Notes: a model not told the origin generated them from the letters alone. A stretch of 63,404 bases of DNA, filler included, from Choristocarpus tenellus KU-1152 (GCA_964200185.2; 12 parts of 12 records of this genome joined end to end with filler, not necessarily neighbours in it), one strand, 5' to 3'; positions 27,434 through 40,714 are shown, numbered from the whole stretch's first letter. A program made the numbers and translations.

Positions 27434-29575
27434 TTCAGAAAACTTCTACGGTTCATCCTTGCCATGGGTACTGCCAAGATACCCATACCCTTTAGAGAAC
27501 TAAGCAAATCCATGAGCATTTACCCTTTGTCCATGTAGATTAGACTCTGACATAGTTGGGTTCGTTCACCAGGTCAGTGACATCGCAAATGATGGAGATT
27601 GTGGAGAGATCATATGCTTCTTCATGATTTCTCTTAATGTATGGCCATGGAAATCTTTCCCGGCATCCTTCTATATAAAAACTTTGAACTGATCGACAAA
27701 GATATATCCTTGCAACCCTGCATAAAAGAACTTCTAAGTCAAACTCTTGTGGCTGGATAAAGGAGATACAAAAAAGAAGGGAGAGCAGGCAGGTAAGACC
27801 ATACCAGCTTGAGTTCAGAAACGAGAAAAGAGGGCCCTAAAAATACGAATATCCCAAGTATCTGACTCCTTGGAAGGAACCTCATTGCCCTGGGAACAAT
27901 GAGTGTGACTAAAGAGGCAAACAGTGCCAGACTGCTAACGAATATCAGTCGCCAAGATTACGAAGTGCAAACCAAGTCGAATATCGTCTATTCAAAACAC
28001 CTCCCTAGCTCAAACAACTCTGAGCAGTCGCTAGGCTGAGTATCCCCAAAAAATCTGTCAGGGTTAGCGTCAACGGAGAAGCAACACATCTAAATGCAAA
28101 AGGGTAAATACTGAACTCAACAGTATTTCAAACAGACAAAGAGAAATTCAAATCCAACAAATAAGACTACTGCACATAATAGGTAGTCCTCCAAGTTCAG
28201 CAAACACCTCCTTGGAACTCTGATTTCCAAGGAAGATGAGGCATGTGCCATCGAAATACCGCCTGGTCATTTCTTTTTATATACACTATTTAGAACTAGG
28301 TGCCACGAAAGACCACTTTTGAAGCAAAGACAGTACAACAGGCGAAATGATCCTTCAGACGTCATGTCATTTCCAAAACACCTAACTTTCTTTGTGCCAT
28401 ACAACTGAAAGCTTATAGTACTGCATGAGTACTGCAATATAGAATAACATACTCCATATTTTTGTACAATCTAACAGACCAATAAGAGTGAGGACCAAGC
28501 ACAAATAACAATCCAAGGTCCATGACTACCTATCCATATAAGCAGGACCAATGACATTCTTGATCTGAACACACAACAAAATATTGCAAGTAGGTATCAT
28601 TTCTCATAGGGCATAGCACAAGCGAACACAGGCACCATAGTGGTTCGCTTGTGCTATGCCCCATACTGAGCAAACATATTCCACAAAACAAAGAGTGTTG
28701 TACTGGAACATAGTCAAGCAGCGGTCACAACTAATGTTGATGCTGCTTAAGTATCACCTTTGCAAATCCAAACTTTTCTGGCATGCAGTTGTGTACTGCA
28801 CAATCAATGGTGATAGATTTGAAAATCCAGACGTCATGCCATTCCAAACACCTAAAATTTACTCAAAGCAACTTTTTTGTCACTATGACGCAACCTCTCG
28901 ATTGGTTTGGCTCAATGCAACCCATACTTGTCGACTCAATTGCAATCAGTCAAAAAAATGACGTCACATCAGTCATGTACAGGCAATGCGAAATCCGTAT
29001 CTCCAGGCAAATATCAATATTATCCATTTGAAACACAAGACAATTAATTTAGTGTGCCTCCTCGCAATGAAGTAAAGAAGGGGGGGTAGAGGAATATGTT
29101 AGCGCAAGAGAATTTTCTGTGCTACACAAGGCACTATCTGGTCAAATAGAGATTAATCGAATCTGTCCTAAGCAGAGTACATCGTTTGTTAATAGTGTCA
29201 AGGACATATGCTAAAAACAACATAGCATCCAAGATTAAATCGCAATGCTTTCTTGACATCAAGATTGTATATTCCTCCAACATACACAGATCCTTCCAGC
29301 TTCAACAACTTTGGCATGATCCAATGTCGAATAACTAGTGCTAATGTTACGTTATATGTGCTAATTCAGGCATATAACACAGTTTCATGTACGTTTATCT
29401 TTAGTTTGGTACAATACAGAGTAGTAACGTACATAGCAGTATGATGGGCCAGTCTTTGCCCATACGTCGGAGATAATGGATGGCTGAGACAAAGGCCCAG
29501 CGATTAATTCACAACAGTGTATGTTTACCAGGTAAACATCCATCAGCATCTGGCGACGAGCCTTTCCTGTGCAAA

Positions 29576-29758
29576 GGCTCAAAGTATCTGGGAGGGGGTG
29601 GCGGCAGTCCATTTGGGGTCAATTTTTTCATATCGCGATTTTTGGGTGATTTAGTTGCCATACATCGGATGGATAATGCAAAATGCACATTTCCCGATTT
29701 TGGTCCAAATTGACACCCTCGTGTAGACCCCCCCTACCCCCCCCAGATACTTTGGGTC
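29576..29758. mobile_element. MITE family A
   Basis: Full TIRs, flank aaa/aaa; near-identical to 30838-31018. Confidence 0.93.
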
Positions 29759-30019
29759 AAAGCTATTCAACATGCTTAAGCGCCCTGAACAATTAAATTC
29801 TAGCTAGAGGAAGCGCAGCTGGAGTTGGATTGACTTGGGATGGGAACTTAATTCATGGCCTTAAATGGGCTCTATACCAAACTCCTTCAATTGTCTGACG
29901 ACAATTATACAGACTGATTCACCACAACGCGTGCCTTCTTGGCCGCAAAATATTACATCGACGAAGCATTGGAAGAGAGGGACAAGCCTCTTATAGTGGG
30001 CGACGTAAATTTCACCAAG

Positions 30020-31310
30020 GAGAGGATGGGAGTGAAGATGTGGTTGTCAAGGCCAAGACGGCATATGGCGTTCTGCCAAGGAGTACCGCCGACTTCTACA
30101 GGTGTATTGTCGCAACGCAGCATCACCATCAGAGGCTTGGAATCAATTAAAGGAACATTTTCTTCTACTCTCCAATGAGGAAATTGTGCATTGCAAACAA
30201 TGCCCCTGTAGAAGTGTTACAGGCGAGATATGTCTTGATGGCGGTTTCATAAATACGATTATGATCTTGAAGTTTTAGATTTGATATATTTGTACTTGTC
30301 TATTTAGTTATTATCATGCTTTCAGGTGGTACATCGTTGCCAGTTCCTTTTCATATGATGATATTGACGGTACTTATGAAGGAATAATATACAAGTGAGA
30401 GATTCAGCATACTTGACGACTTCTGCACCAGGGGTGTCCTTTTTATGTGCATCATCGTCATCAATACAGACTTATGGACTGGATGTATACATCCTTTGGA
30501 GGTAAGCTTCTGGAGCATGCTATAACACGAAGCAGGTGGTGCTCCTAAGCAAAATGTCATATGCCTTCTTGACCTTGACGACCTCATCTTCTCTTACATC
30601 CTCCCCCTTGATGAAGTTTGAGGACAAGACAGTTGTGGTGTTTTGTGTATTGTTATCTGCGTATTTCTCCCATCATCTTGTACCCTACACATCCAAATGT
30701 TAGAAGTCAACCTGACATTCTCCTTGTACCCTCGATCAGTCCAGGAGATACAATTCCTGACACCCCCTACCTCTTTGACTGACAGCAAATATACCCTCTA
30801 GTGCTTGGGAAATGTGAAGGGAAATACGGACAGCATAGGCTCAAAGTATCTGGGAGGGGGTGGCGGCAGTCCATTTGGGGTCAATTTTTTCATATCGCGA
30901 TTTTTGAGTGATTTAGTTGCCATACATCGGATGGATAATGCAAATGCACATTTCCCGATTTTGGTCCAAATGGACACCCTCGTGTAGACCCCCCCTACCC
31001 CCCCAGATACTTTGGGTCATAACAACACGCAAAACACCACAACCGCCTTGTCCTTATTCTTCAAGGTGGAGGATGTGAGTGGAGATGAAGTCGGCAAGGC
31101 CAAGAAGGCATGTGGCGTTGTGCTAAGGAGCACCACCGACTTCTACAGGTGCATTGTTTGCAATACAGCATCACCATCAGAGGCTTGGAGGCAATTAAGG
31201 AAGCATTTTCTTACACACTCAGATGTGGAAATTGCCAGGTTGAGGAAATGGCGATTAATGTTAAGATGCCTAGGGAGTCCGAATCCCAAATCACCTTTAC
31301 CTACAACATC
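30020..31310. pseudogene. Three related copia gag N-terminal fragments (30020-30190 +, ~30500-30655 -, 31019-31310 +)
   Basis: Shared nucleotide core gatg..gtcg.caaggccaagaaggcat.tg.c.tt.tgct.aggag.acc.cc. The best copy translates ...TASPSEAWRQLRKHFL..., a copia gag-like SPSEAW motif. Confidence 0.55.
30838..31018. mobile_element. MITE family A
   Basis: Full TIRs; flank duplication ata/ata. Confidence 0.93.
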
Positions 31311-31769
31311 CTGGTAATATGGGCATTCAAAATCCGCAATACAACGCGCTGCTCATTTCGCTTTCTTTTTCCTCCAACTTGAAGCAGGGAAACGGAGAGC
31401 GTAGGAGGGCTCTCTGTGTAAGAATATGAAATAGAAAGGTGTGTACCCTATTTTGTGTATGTGAGATTATGGAATTGGATTGAGTCCATGTGATGTAACT
31501 AATGAGATAGTACATCCGGATTATGTATGGGGATTATGGATGGATGGATTTGGTTCTGTAGTTAAACTATGAAATAATCATTGACTCATGTATGGGGCAC
31601 AAATCATAATAAAACAAGCAATAAAAAGACACCCCACAATGTAACCCTTCAAATTTCATCCACCCATTCCTTTCACGCTCTGCAAAGGGGGTCGTGTGAG
31701 GCTTCACACCTTCTTGCCTTCACTAATGATCCAAATAGCAATACTTCCAAGTTTAATTGCACAGGTTAC

Positions 31770-34200
31770 GAGCATTAGTAGTATGGAGACCGATCTGAAG
31801 AAACTTGCTGCTTGGACGGGAGCCACAGAACGGTCATCAGACACCTGGTCCACTTGGCGACCTTTGTTGATAGGCCACATTGGGGGAAAGGGGTTATATG
31901 AGATCACCACGAGGGACTACAAGATTCCTGAAACCCCCACAACCGCCTCGGGAATGGCAGTGTGCGCAGCACATACCACATATATCAAAAACAATAAGGC
32001 GTTATGGTTCCTGCTTATTATCCAAGTAACAAAGGGGTGAGCATCACCAATTGTAGCAAGATATGAAAACGAGGGTCAGCCGGACGGCAGAGGGGCATGG
32101 TTAAGAGAGAGTCTATGGAGCTGATTACAGTAGAGGCAAGACTTTGAGAACTCTGGTGCACAGCGTCACAGGTCAGCATAGATTTTATTATCTTACTGGA
32201 GCAGCATTTTGCTGATTTGGAGCAGCTCAAGGACCCAAAGTCCGAAAACATGAAGCGCGCATCTTAAACCTGATCTTGAAGACATGGTAAGCACTCGAGC
32301 GACTAAACAAACTTGCACCTTTGTAAACCGAAGGAAACTGGGGATTTGGTTCTAATGGCGACAAACAAGAAGGGAAGCCAACAAGAGTAGTTCTTAACGA
32401 TGTTCTATATCTTGAACATCTATTTTAGTGCATATTATTATGGTTATATAATTGAGGAGAGTTTTGGATTCAGAACAGTAGAAAGATAACTGAAATCTCC
32501 AAGAATTCGCTCACTTTCGAAAGTCTGGGGGGTTCTTAAATCTAGCAGAAACAATAATCAACTTGGAACAAGAATCGAGAGCCAGCGCAGCACGAGCCAG
32601 TAAAAAGCAGAACCTGACATTGCTACACTAACGCAACATATTGGAGCACATCAACCCACCAGCTATCAAGCATCTCGAGAAGCGTGGACTGTGGGAGATC
32701 ACCGACGCTACTATGGTATTGGAACTGCGATGCAAGGCATGCAAGGAATGCAAATCAGAGGCCTGCATTACCAATGAGGTGGGAGGACTCCTAAGCAGCC
32801 TGGCAAGGTCGTACACACGGACTTGGAGGGACCTTTCCAACCAGACATTACTGGTCAAAAATACTTTCAGGTGTTTGACAATGAGAGTAGCCAAGACAAG
32901 AGGGTTTACGGATTGAAAACCAAAAACGCAGTGACGGACGCAACTGCTGCCTATCTCGACCAGATGGCTAGGGAAGGCATACCAGTCCAATATATCAGTG
33001 GGGATAGTGCTGGCGAGCTTGAGAGGTCAGTAAAGTTTCAAAGGATGCTGGCGAACAACAGTACGAGATGGAGGAAATCTCCCCGAGACACCACAGAGCA
33101 ACGGGATCGCGGAAAAGGCGATAAAGCAACTCATGGGGGCAACAAGGAGTCAGCTGGTAAAGGCTGGGCTGTGCGATGAGTACTGGTTCTATGCCATCAC
33201 GGACGTCGCCTTCAAAACTGGAGGTATACCACATGAGTACCTGGGAGGAGAGACACCATATGAGCGTCTAATGGGAAAATCTTTCAATTATTATAGGTTT
33301 CGGGCCTAGGGGAGCAAGTGCTATGTTCACCAGAAAAAGCAGCAGAGGGACCGGGTTCAAAGTTTCACCAATACACCAACCAGGTTGTGATCATGGGACA
33401 CTATCGTACACCACAATGTTGGTAAATTTAGCTTCCTCAAGACGCCAAGTTGGTGACCTCACCCAAGTGACGTTCGAGCCTGACGAACACAGGGTAGAGC
33501 TGCGTCCGTTTGGGGGCCAAAATCCAATGTTGAGATTTTGATGTAATTTTGGCTATCGTGTTTGTTAGGAAGTATCAATATCCTTGTTCCAGATACACTT
33601 TTCACAAGGTATACATTTTACCTACTCTGAAGCATTTCGGAGTAGGTAAAATGTTATTAAAAACCTGTGGGAAGCCAAGCCCCAAAGGCTAAAAGTATCT
33701 GGGGGGGGTGGAGGCTGTCTATTTGGGGCCAATTTTTTCATGTCGTGATTTTTGGGTGATCTGGTTGCATACGTCAGATGGATAATGTAAGTACACTTTT
33801 CCTGATTATGCCCCAGATGGACACCCTGGTGAACCCCCCCCCCACACACACACAGATACTTTGGGTCCAAACGGACAAATAGGGCAAAATTTGTACCCTC
33901 TAAGATACTTTCACTTGACTTTGACCGATGATGACGTTATCTCTGATAATGATGCAGACTCTGATGGGGATTTTGATAGTGCAGCTGATCTGATACCGCG
34001 AGCAACAGCGAGCAACAGCCCCAAGCAAGAACTTGACAAGTTCACCTACTGAGGAAAGGAGGTCGGCCAGGATAGCTGAACAATCGAAGATAGGCTACAG
34101 GGGTTTACACTCTGGAGATACAGGAACTGGGGGAGAATATGGTGAATATGTTCAGAGCAAACACGGATGACGCCTACTGTTTGGTGGTTGATGGCTCCTA
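31770..34200 (+). mobile_element. Decayed Ty1/copia LTR-retrotransposon (gag ~31770-32330; GAG-pre-integrase and integrase ~32570-33470), interrupted by nested MITEs
   Basis: HINPPAIKHL (pre-integrase HxxLGH), VHTDLEGPF, ISGDSAGE, PQSNGIAEKAIK, EYWFYAITDVAF, ETPYERLMGK, GSKCYVH are integrase core motifs spread over frames with frameshifts and a stop. No RT/RNaseH or LTR pair seen. Confidence 0.85.
33491..33916. mobile_element. MITE family B (left TIR eroded) carrying a nested family A copy at 33687-33867
   Basis: The B consensus aagccccaaa|tggac is split by a complete A element with caaa duplicated. Confidence 0.9.
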
Positions 34201-34338
34201 GCCGATGTCACTTACCAGGCCCATCAAACAGTAGGCGTCATCCGTGTTTGCTCTGAACATATTCACCATATTCTCCCCCAGTTCCTGTATCTCCAGAGTG
34301 TAAACCCCTGTAGCCTATCTTCGATTGTTCAGCTATCC
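34070..34338. repeat. Perfect 114-bp inverted repeat with 41-nt loop ending at contig end
   Basis: 34070-34183 is the reverse complement of 34225-34338. Confidence 0.93.
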
Positions 34339-35390
34339 NNNNNNNNNNNNNNNNNNNNNNNNNNNNNNNNNNNNNNNNNNNNTTAATTAATTAANNNNNN
34401 NNNNNNNNNNNNNNNNNNNNNNNNNNNNNNNNNNNNNNCAAAAAAAAAAAAAAAAAAAATGGGGAGGGAAGGGATGGGGAGGGGGGGAAGAGGGACAGGG
34501 GTTCCAAAAATAAAACAAACACAAAGAGAGAACGCGATTTGTTTTTTTGTTAAGCGATAAAAAAAATCCGTTCGACTTTTATTTTTTTGTTAATGGCCAG
34601 TGAACGCGAGTGAGTCGGTTTCAAGTCTACAACAGAACACTTACTGGGTTTTTTTTTTTTAAATAGTAGTAGTGGCGTGAGTCACGGTAGTCATGATTTT
34701 ATTTTTAGTCATAATTCTATTTTTTATTTCTGAACACACAATCATGAAAAAGAAAAAAGAAAAATTCGATTCGATTGGTTTACTTCCCCCCCAGCCCCGT
34801 ATGCATACCACGAACGCCTTCCTGAAATTTCCTCGTGAAGCTGCAAGTCCCATCCGTGGTTGTGATCACACTTCGATGATAAAAATTTAGGGCATGATTT
34901 CATTTCTGCTACTTACCAATACCAAAACATTCTGGACACTCTTGTTTTTTATTTTATTGTATACTGAGAGTGTTATACTATACTCTATGTACATGTATGT
35001 AACACTATGCTGTACCGCATACTGAGAGTGTTATGCTGTACTGTATTGTATGTATATAACACTATGCTGTACCGCATACTGAGAGTGTTATGCTGTACTG
35101 TATTGTATGTATATAACGCCATGCTGAATACACAGTATTGTACTGTATACATGGCAATCTACCACATAGTTAGAACGTTATACTATACTGCATGTATATA
35201 GCACCTATGCTGTACTGCATACAGAGTATTGTAATGTCATGCAATGTTATCTTCTTGAGGGGAACAGAGTTGGTACCAGAAGAGTAAGGGACTATACCAG
35301 AGAGATACCTTAATGCAGTAGGTCACACATCACATCACATCACATCACATCACATCACATCACAGATTACAGATGGCTACTCACACAGGC

Positions 35391-35640
35391 CGAAGTATTT
35401 ACCAATGGCAAGTCAAGGTCTAGTGCACGTCGAAGTATTTACCAATGGCAAGTCAAGGTCTAGTGAACGTCGAAGTATTTACCAATGGCAAGTCAAGGTC
35501 TAGTGCACGTCGAAGTATTTACCAATGGCAAGTCAAGGTCTAGTGCACGCCGAAGTATTTACCAATGGCAAGTCAAGGGCTAGTGCAAGTCGAAGTATTT
35601 ACCAATGGCAAGTCAAGGGCTAGTGCAAGTCGAAGTATTT
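35391..35640. repeat. 40-bp minisatellite (CGAAGTATTTACCAATGGCAAGTCAAGGTCTAGTGCACGT) x6 + partial
   Basis: Head-to-tail units with no spacers. Confidence 0.95.
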
Positions 35641-35708
35641 GAGCACGGACAGCATAAGACCCTCCTAGGGTTAGGGCTTCTGCCACTGTTAAAAAAAACT
35701 CATTGTAA

Positions 35709-35739
<31 letters not shown>

Positions 35740-35877
35740 CACACATTTAAATTTCTTCAACAATTAAAACAACCCCCCCCCTCAAAACCCTCAAAACCCT
35801 CAAAACAAATACTCTTAAGTCTCCCTGTCGCACCTAGCCTGAGCCTCCTCCCCTTCCCCCTCCGCCACGCTCTTTAG

Positions 35878-36826
35878 AACAGCATTGGTCAGGCGATCAC
35901 CAACTTGAACAAGCGAACGCTCAAGATACTTGGAAACAAATTCAAACAGACACGGCAAGGCAATGCCCGGCCACTCCTGGCTATCCCTACCCGAAAATGG
36001 AGGCCGTACGCATGGCATCGAAGGAATACATCCCTGTTTCTAAGGAGGCGGTTGCCACGGACACGGCGGGGAGGAAGGAGGCATCTCTTGAGTGCAAGGT
36101 GTTTTCAAACGTCTTTTTCAACTTGACAGAACGGCAATCAAAACGCCTTTTCCATTTCAATGAACTCTGGATCACGTACCCATGCATTCAACCGCACAAG
36201 AGCTGTCAAACGTCAAGACAAATGTTCAGTCCAGAGGAGAACCAATTACTCTTCTTTTGGGTACAAAATCCCCCCAGTGCCTCAACACCCCCCCCACCCC
36301 ACACACCCCCACCTCTTCCCTCTCCCCCCCTCCCAGGAGATGCCTCATTCTGAGGAAATTGAGACCCCAAGAGATGAAGTGATGACCAGATGGAAACAAC
36401 AGAAGGATGTAAGGATCAACATTTGATGTCCATAACGTATTCATTGTTGATTTGAAACATTCAAATCTAGAAGAAGAAAATTAAAGCAAACCGTTGTGCC
36501 GGTTTGCTTCTTGCACAAAAACAAAAAAGATAAATATAGACAATAAATCCTGAAAATAAAAACATATATATGAAAAAATAAAACAAAAGAGACACGAGAA
36601 AAAAGTATCACCTTTTGTCATGGATCGATCATTGGTGGAAAAAATAAAAATTAATAATAGTAATAATAATAATAATAGTAATACTACTACTACTAATAAA
36701 AATAAAATGCCCTTACAAGAACGCCTCTCGCCAGTGTGATTCTAATTTTTTTTTTGACTCTGCCCACAGAACAGTACATCAGTCCCCCCAGAAGGAGAAC
36801 AGAAGGAGAACGTTGCTCGACTCTGA
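35878..36826 (+). CDS. 3' exons of an unidentified protein (35878-36098, 36338-36408, 36770-36826 stop)
   Basis: Pyrimidine-tract AG acceptors and GT donors give an open reading ...MEAVRMASKEY...LECK|EMPHSEEIETPRDEVMTRWKQQKD|NSTSVPPEGEQKENVARL*; no recognisable domain. Confidence 0.4.
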
Positions 36827-37925
36827 ACGCTCAACCCTCCCCCGCCCCCCTTCCTTTCCAAAGCAACACTCAAAGCAACAATTAAATACAGACGTATTCA
36901 TCACCTCATTCAATCAAATTCATATTCAAGTCCTTCTCGGATTGCCTCATCACCTTCTCGGAATACACTAGACACTCAGTTTGCATAGTCCCAATATTGC
37001 TTCTCTGTGCCCCCCCCCCCTCAACACCTGCACATTGTTGGGACCCTCCTGCATCCCCTGTGAACCGGAATAGGACCTCTCCCCACCCGCTACCTCCACG
37101 CCCCCACCCCCACCTTCCTTATATTCACCTTGAACGGAAGAGCACACGATTGAAATCCAGGAACCTNNNNNNNNNNNNNNNNNNNNNNNNNNNNNNNNNN
37201 NNNNNNNNNNTTAATTAATTAANNNNNNNNNNNNNNNNNNNNNNNNNNNNNNNNNNNNNNNNNNNNGGGCGCGGTTGTACAGAGTGCCGTGTTCTACTCT
37301 TTGAGGTTCAACAAGCTCATTAACCAGAAAGGTACAATGGAGGAGGTGCATAAAAGAGACAGGATTGTTGGAGGAGGCGTTCTGCCATCACACAAACAGA
37401 GCCAAAGTATCTTAGAGGAGGGTATCACTGACAGTCACAAGGATGTGACTGTAACCCATCGAATCCAAGATTTCATTCAGACGTCTCCTAAGATTTGATG
37501 ATTGAGAGAGAGCTTTGGGTTTGCGTAAGGCACCCCACCATGACACGACACGACTGGTGATTCTCAACACACACCCCGCAGCCCGATTGGACCCTGCCTC
37601 ACAACATATATTTACTATCCTTATAAACTATCAAATATTATTGAAGTGCCGCCACACATGGAAAGAGGCAGAGGTTCTATTCTAAGGTGGGGGGTAGGTG
37701 AACAAAAAAAAAAACTAATTGCACAAAAAAAAACACACACACACACACAAAAAGCCTTTTTTTTTCCAAGACTTCTTAATATTCCACAAAACGTAGTCAA
37801 CAAAAAAGTATTGAAATATTCCTCTTCGAAAAAAATATATATATTTGTATGTATTTTTTTTTTAAACATGGCGTTGACAACAAGGTCTACGCGATACCGT
37901 CCATACCCATCTCCTCACTCTCTCA

Positions 37926-40060
37926 CCGCTGAGTCCAGCTGCATCCGTAGAGCCTCTGCACCATTCCTGAGTCTCTCCTCCTCCCAGGCATGTCTTTGCT
38001 CTGCCTCTGCAGCAGAAATCCTCTCCTCTTGAAGGGACCTCTTGAGACAGTCGCACGACTCACGAAGGACTTTGGTATCTCGGGTAGATACCTCAATTTC
38101 ACTCACCTTTGCAGAATAATGATGTGTGACAAATTAGGGTAATCAAAAAAAGGGTACACCTACGAAGTGCACAATACCATGCTCATTATTCTAATTACAT
38201 GGACATACAAACACACACACACACACACACACATCTATACATATATATATATAGTATATTATATTTCATGTCGGCTTACAACTCTAAAATAATGATCATC
38301 TTCACACCGTGGGTTTATCATAAAAATAAAAAATCACAAACACACACACACAAAAAATAAAATATAGCACAAGAGTGTGTACTAATTACGAACTGACACC
38401 GCTCGCCACGTGTGAAAATCTGTTCCGATTATTATTATTATCTTTTCGGCACTACTAGTTCTACTCTACCAGGTATTACACATACTCCCTCTGTCCCGTA
38501 AGTCCGTTCCTTTATGCATGTAACTCTTCAGGGTGACCTCCGATTTCAAAAACAGACTTTTGCGTTGGATTCCTTGGAAAAAAATTTATACGTAAGATGA
38601 GTTGTATTTGCAAAGGAAAAAAATAAATTGTTCTCAACATGTGGAACAGAGGTTAGGCAGGCATAGGCCCACAAGAAGGCACTGAATTGATGGATTGACT
38701 GACAGCATTGAGTGAAAGTGAGGAAAGGTATTATAATTTTAAAAAAATACTTCAGGGAACTCAATGCAAAAATCCGTTTTGAAATCGGAGGTCATCCCAA
38801 AGAGTTACGTCCATAAAGGCACAGACTTACATGACAGAGGGAGCATAACAGTAGTAATACAAAAGATGAGTAGCCTATGTTTCAACATGGTCCAGACCTT
38901 CCTATACTCATCAAATATAACTTATCTTACGAAAAAAAAATTCCGATTAATCCAACGCAAACATCCGTGTTTGAATTCGGAGGTCATCCCGAAGAGATAT
39001 ATGCGTAAAGGCACAGACTTGTGAGACAGAGGGAATATATGCATAAAGGTACAGACTTGTGAGACAGAGGGAATATATGCATATGCACATAAACATATAT
39101 ATATATATATATATATGTATCTACACATGAGTAATGTGGAGTAGTACCCCTAGAACGTAATAATCACTGGAGGTGCAAAACATGTCAACAAGAAGCAATG
39201 CTGAAAATTAAAACGCATCCCCATCATACTACCAACACCCAAAAATGAGTACATGGCCATCTTGCTGCGGAGGTGCAGGCCTCACAACAAATCCACACTC
39301 TAAACAACTTCATTAACTCCGGAGACATCTACACCATCACTACACACTACACAGAAATAAAAGTAACCCATAATCACAATATAAAATATAAAAACACACA
39401 CACATACATGTAACATAAACACCCCCTTACACACACATACACATACACATAAATATACACATAAACATACCTTCCCAGCAAGCGTTCGTTCCAGTTGCTC
39501 CATCCAATCTTCCCTCTGCACCAACAACGCCTTTGTCTTTTCCAACTCCCTAGCCATCGACACATCTCGTCCCCACCCAACCCCCTCCTCCTCGTCCTCC
39601 CCCTCCCCCTTCACCTCCAACGGAGTGACAGTAGGGGTACTCCCAGCAACACCACCACCACCACCACCACCACCACCGCCACCAGGACCAACAGCACCAG
39701 CCCCCTCCGATTTGACCTGCTCTAGAGTCACCTTTATAATAGTAACAATAAAAAAATGAACGGGGCGCATGGCAGGGTGCAATGAAAAAGGTTTTTAACA
39801 AACGTGGAAGGGGGGGCGGGCGAGGATCATCTTTCTTTTCTTTGTGCCTGTTTTTTTTCTCTCCTTGTGAAGTATCTTACCTAGCATTTAACAAAACTAA
39901 CAAAGAAAAAATGTAATTATTGTTCGCGGGGTTTGCCTGAGGACATGGAAGGCGGGACAGGAAGGGTGGAAATGGGGACTAGCTCTGCACCTCTAGTTCC
40001 CGAAGTCTGACGGTCCAAATCTCCTCCATCTCCTCCTGGGCAGCCTTCACATCCTCCTGT
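37926..40060 (-). CDS. Internal exons of an unidentified coiled-coil protein (~40060-39980, 39732-39471, 38106-37926)
   Basis: E/R/Q-rich helical segments (EDVKAAQEEMEEIWTVRLRELE; ARELEKTKALLVQREDWMEQLERTL; LKRSLQEERISAAEAEQRHAWEEERLR) mostly bounded by AG/GT. Confidence 0.5.
38485..38843. mobile_element. Stowaway-like (Tc1/mariner) MITE; extra right-end fragments at ~38945-39072
   Basis: ta|CTCCCTCTGTCCC ... GACAGAGGGAG terminal motif and ~85-bp imperfect TIRs. Confidence 0.8.
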
Positions 40061-40106
40061 TGGGTTGTAATTTTCCAGAGCGTACAATGCACACAATTTG
40101 AATCAC

Positions 40107-40275
40107 CACTATTAGTGAAACATACACACACAGCATACACTATTAGTGAAACATACACACACAGCATACACCATTAGTGACACATACACACACAGCATAC
40201 ACCATTAGTGACACATACACACACAGCATACACCATTAGTGACATATACACACACAGCATACACCATTAGTAACA
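40107..40275. repeat. ~30-bp minisatellite (CACCATTAGTGACACATACACACACAGCATA) x ~5
   Basis: Seen directly. Confidence 0.9.
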
Positions 40276-40714
40276 TACGTGTATTTAAAAAGTACTTCAG
40301 TGTCAGAACAAAAAACTGGTGTTAGTCTTCAGGCATACAAGAACAAATTTGTAAATGTGTGTGTGTGTGTGTGTGTGTGAGGGGGGGGGGGGGGGGGGGG
40401 GGGGGGGTTTAAAGGGGGGGGTGGGTAGAAAAAAAAAAAAACGGGGGGAGAGGGGGGGGGGTGGGGGGGAAGGGGGGAATGGGGNNNNNNNNNNNNNNNN
40501 NNNNNNNNNNNNNNNNNNNNNNNNNNNNTTAATTAATTAANNNNNNNNNNNNNNNNNNNNNNNNNNNNNNNNNNNNNNNNNNNNCATCTAATTAAAATTG
40601 CAAACGAGCCAATAACAGAAGATAATATGAAGATTATTTCTGATGTTCTGATTTCCATTCATGGAATTGCAGCAGATGATGAGGATGATATTGATTATAT
40701 TGATATGTTTAAAA

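Noticed and set aside
28340-28870. Short duplicated motif cagacgtcatg.cat.ccaaa.cacctaa (~28356, ~28828)
   Set aside because: Only about 30 bp, two copies, with no TIR/TSD or coding support.
35391-35640. CRISPR-like array
   Set aside because: Units are contiguous with no unique spacers, there are no cas genes, and the context is a eukaryotic intron.
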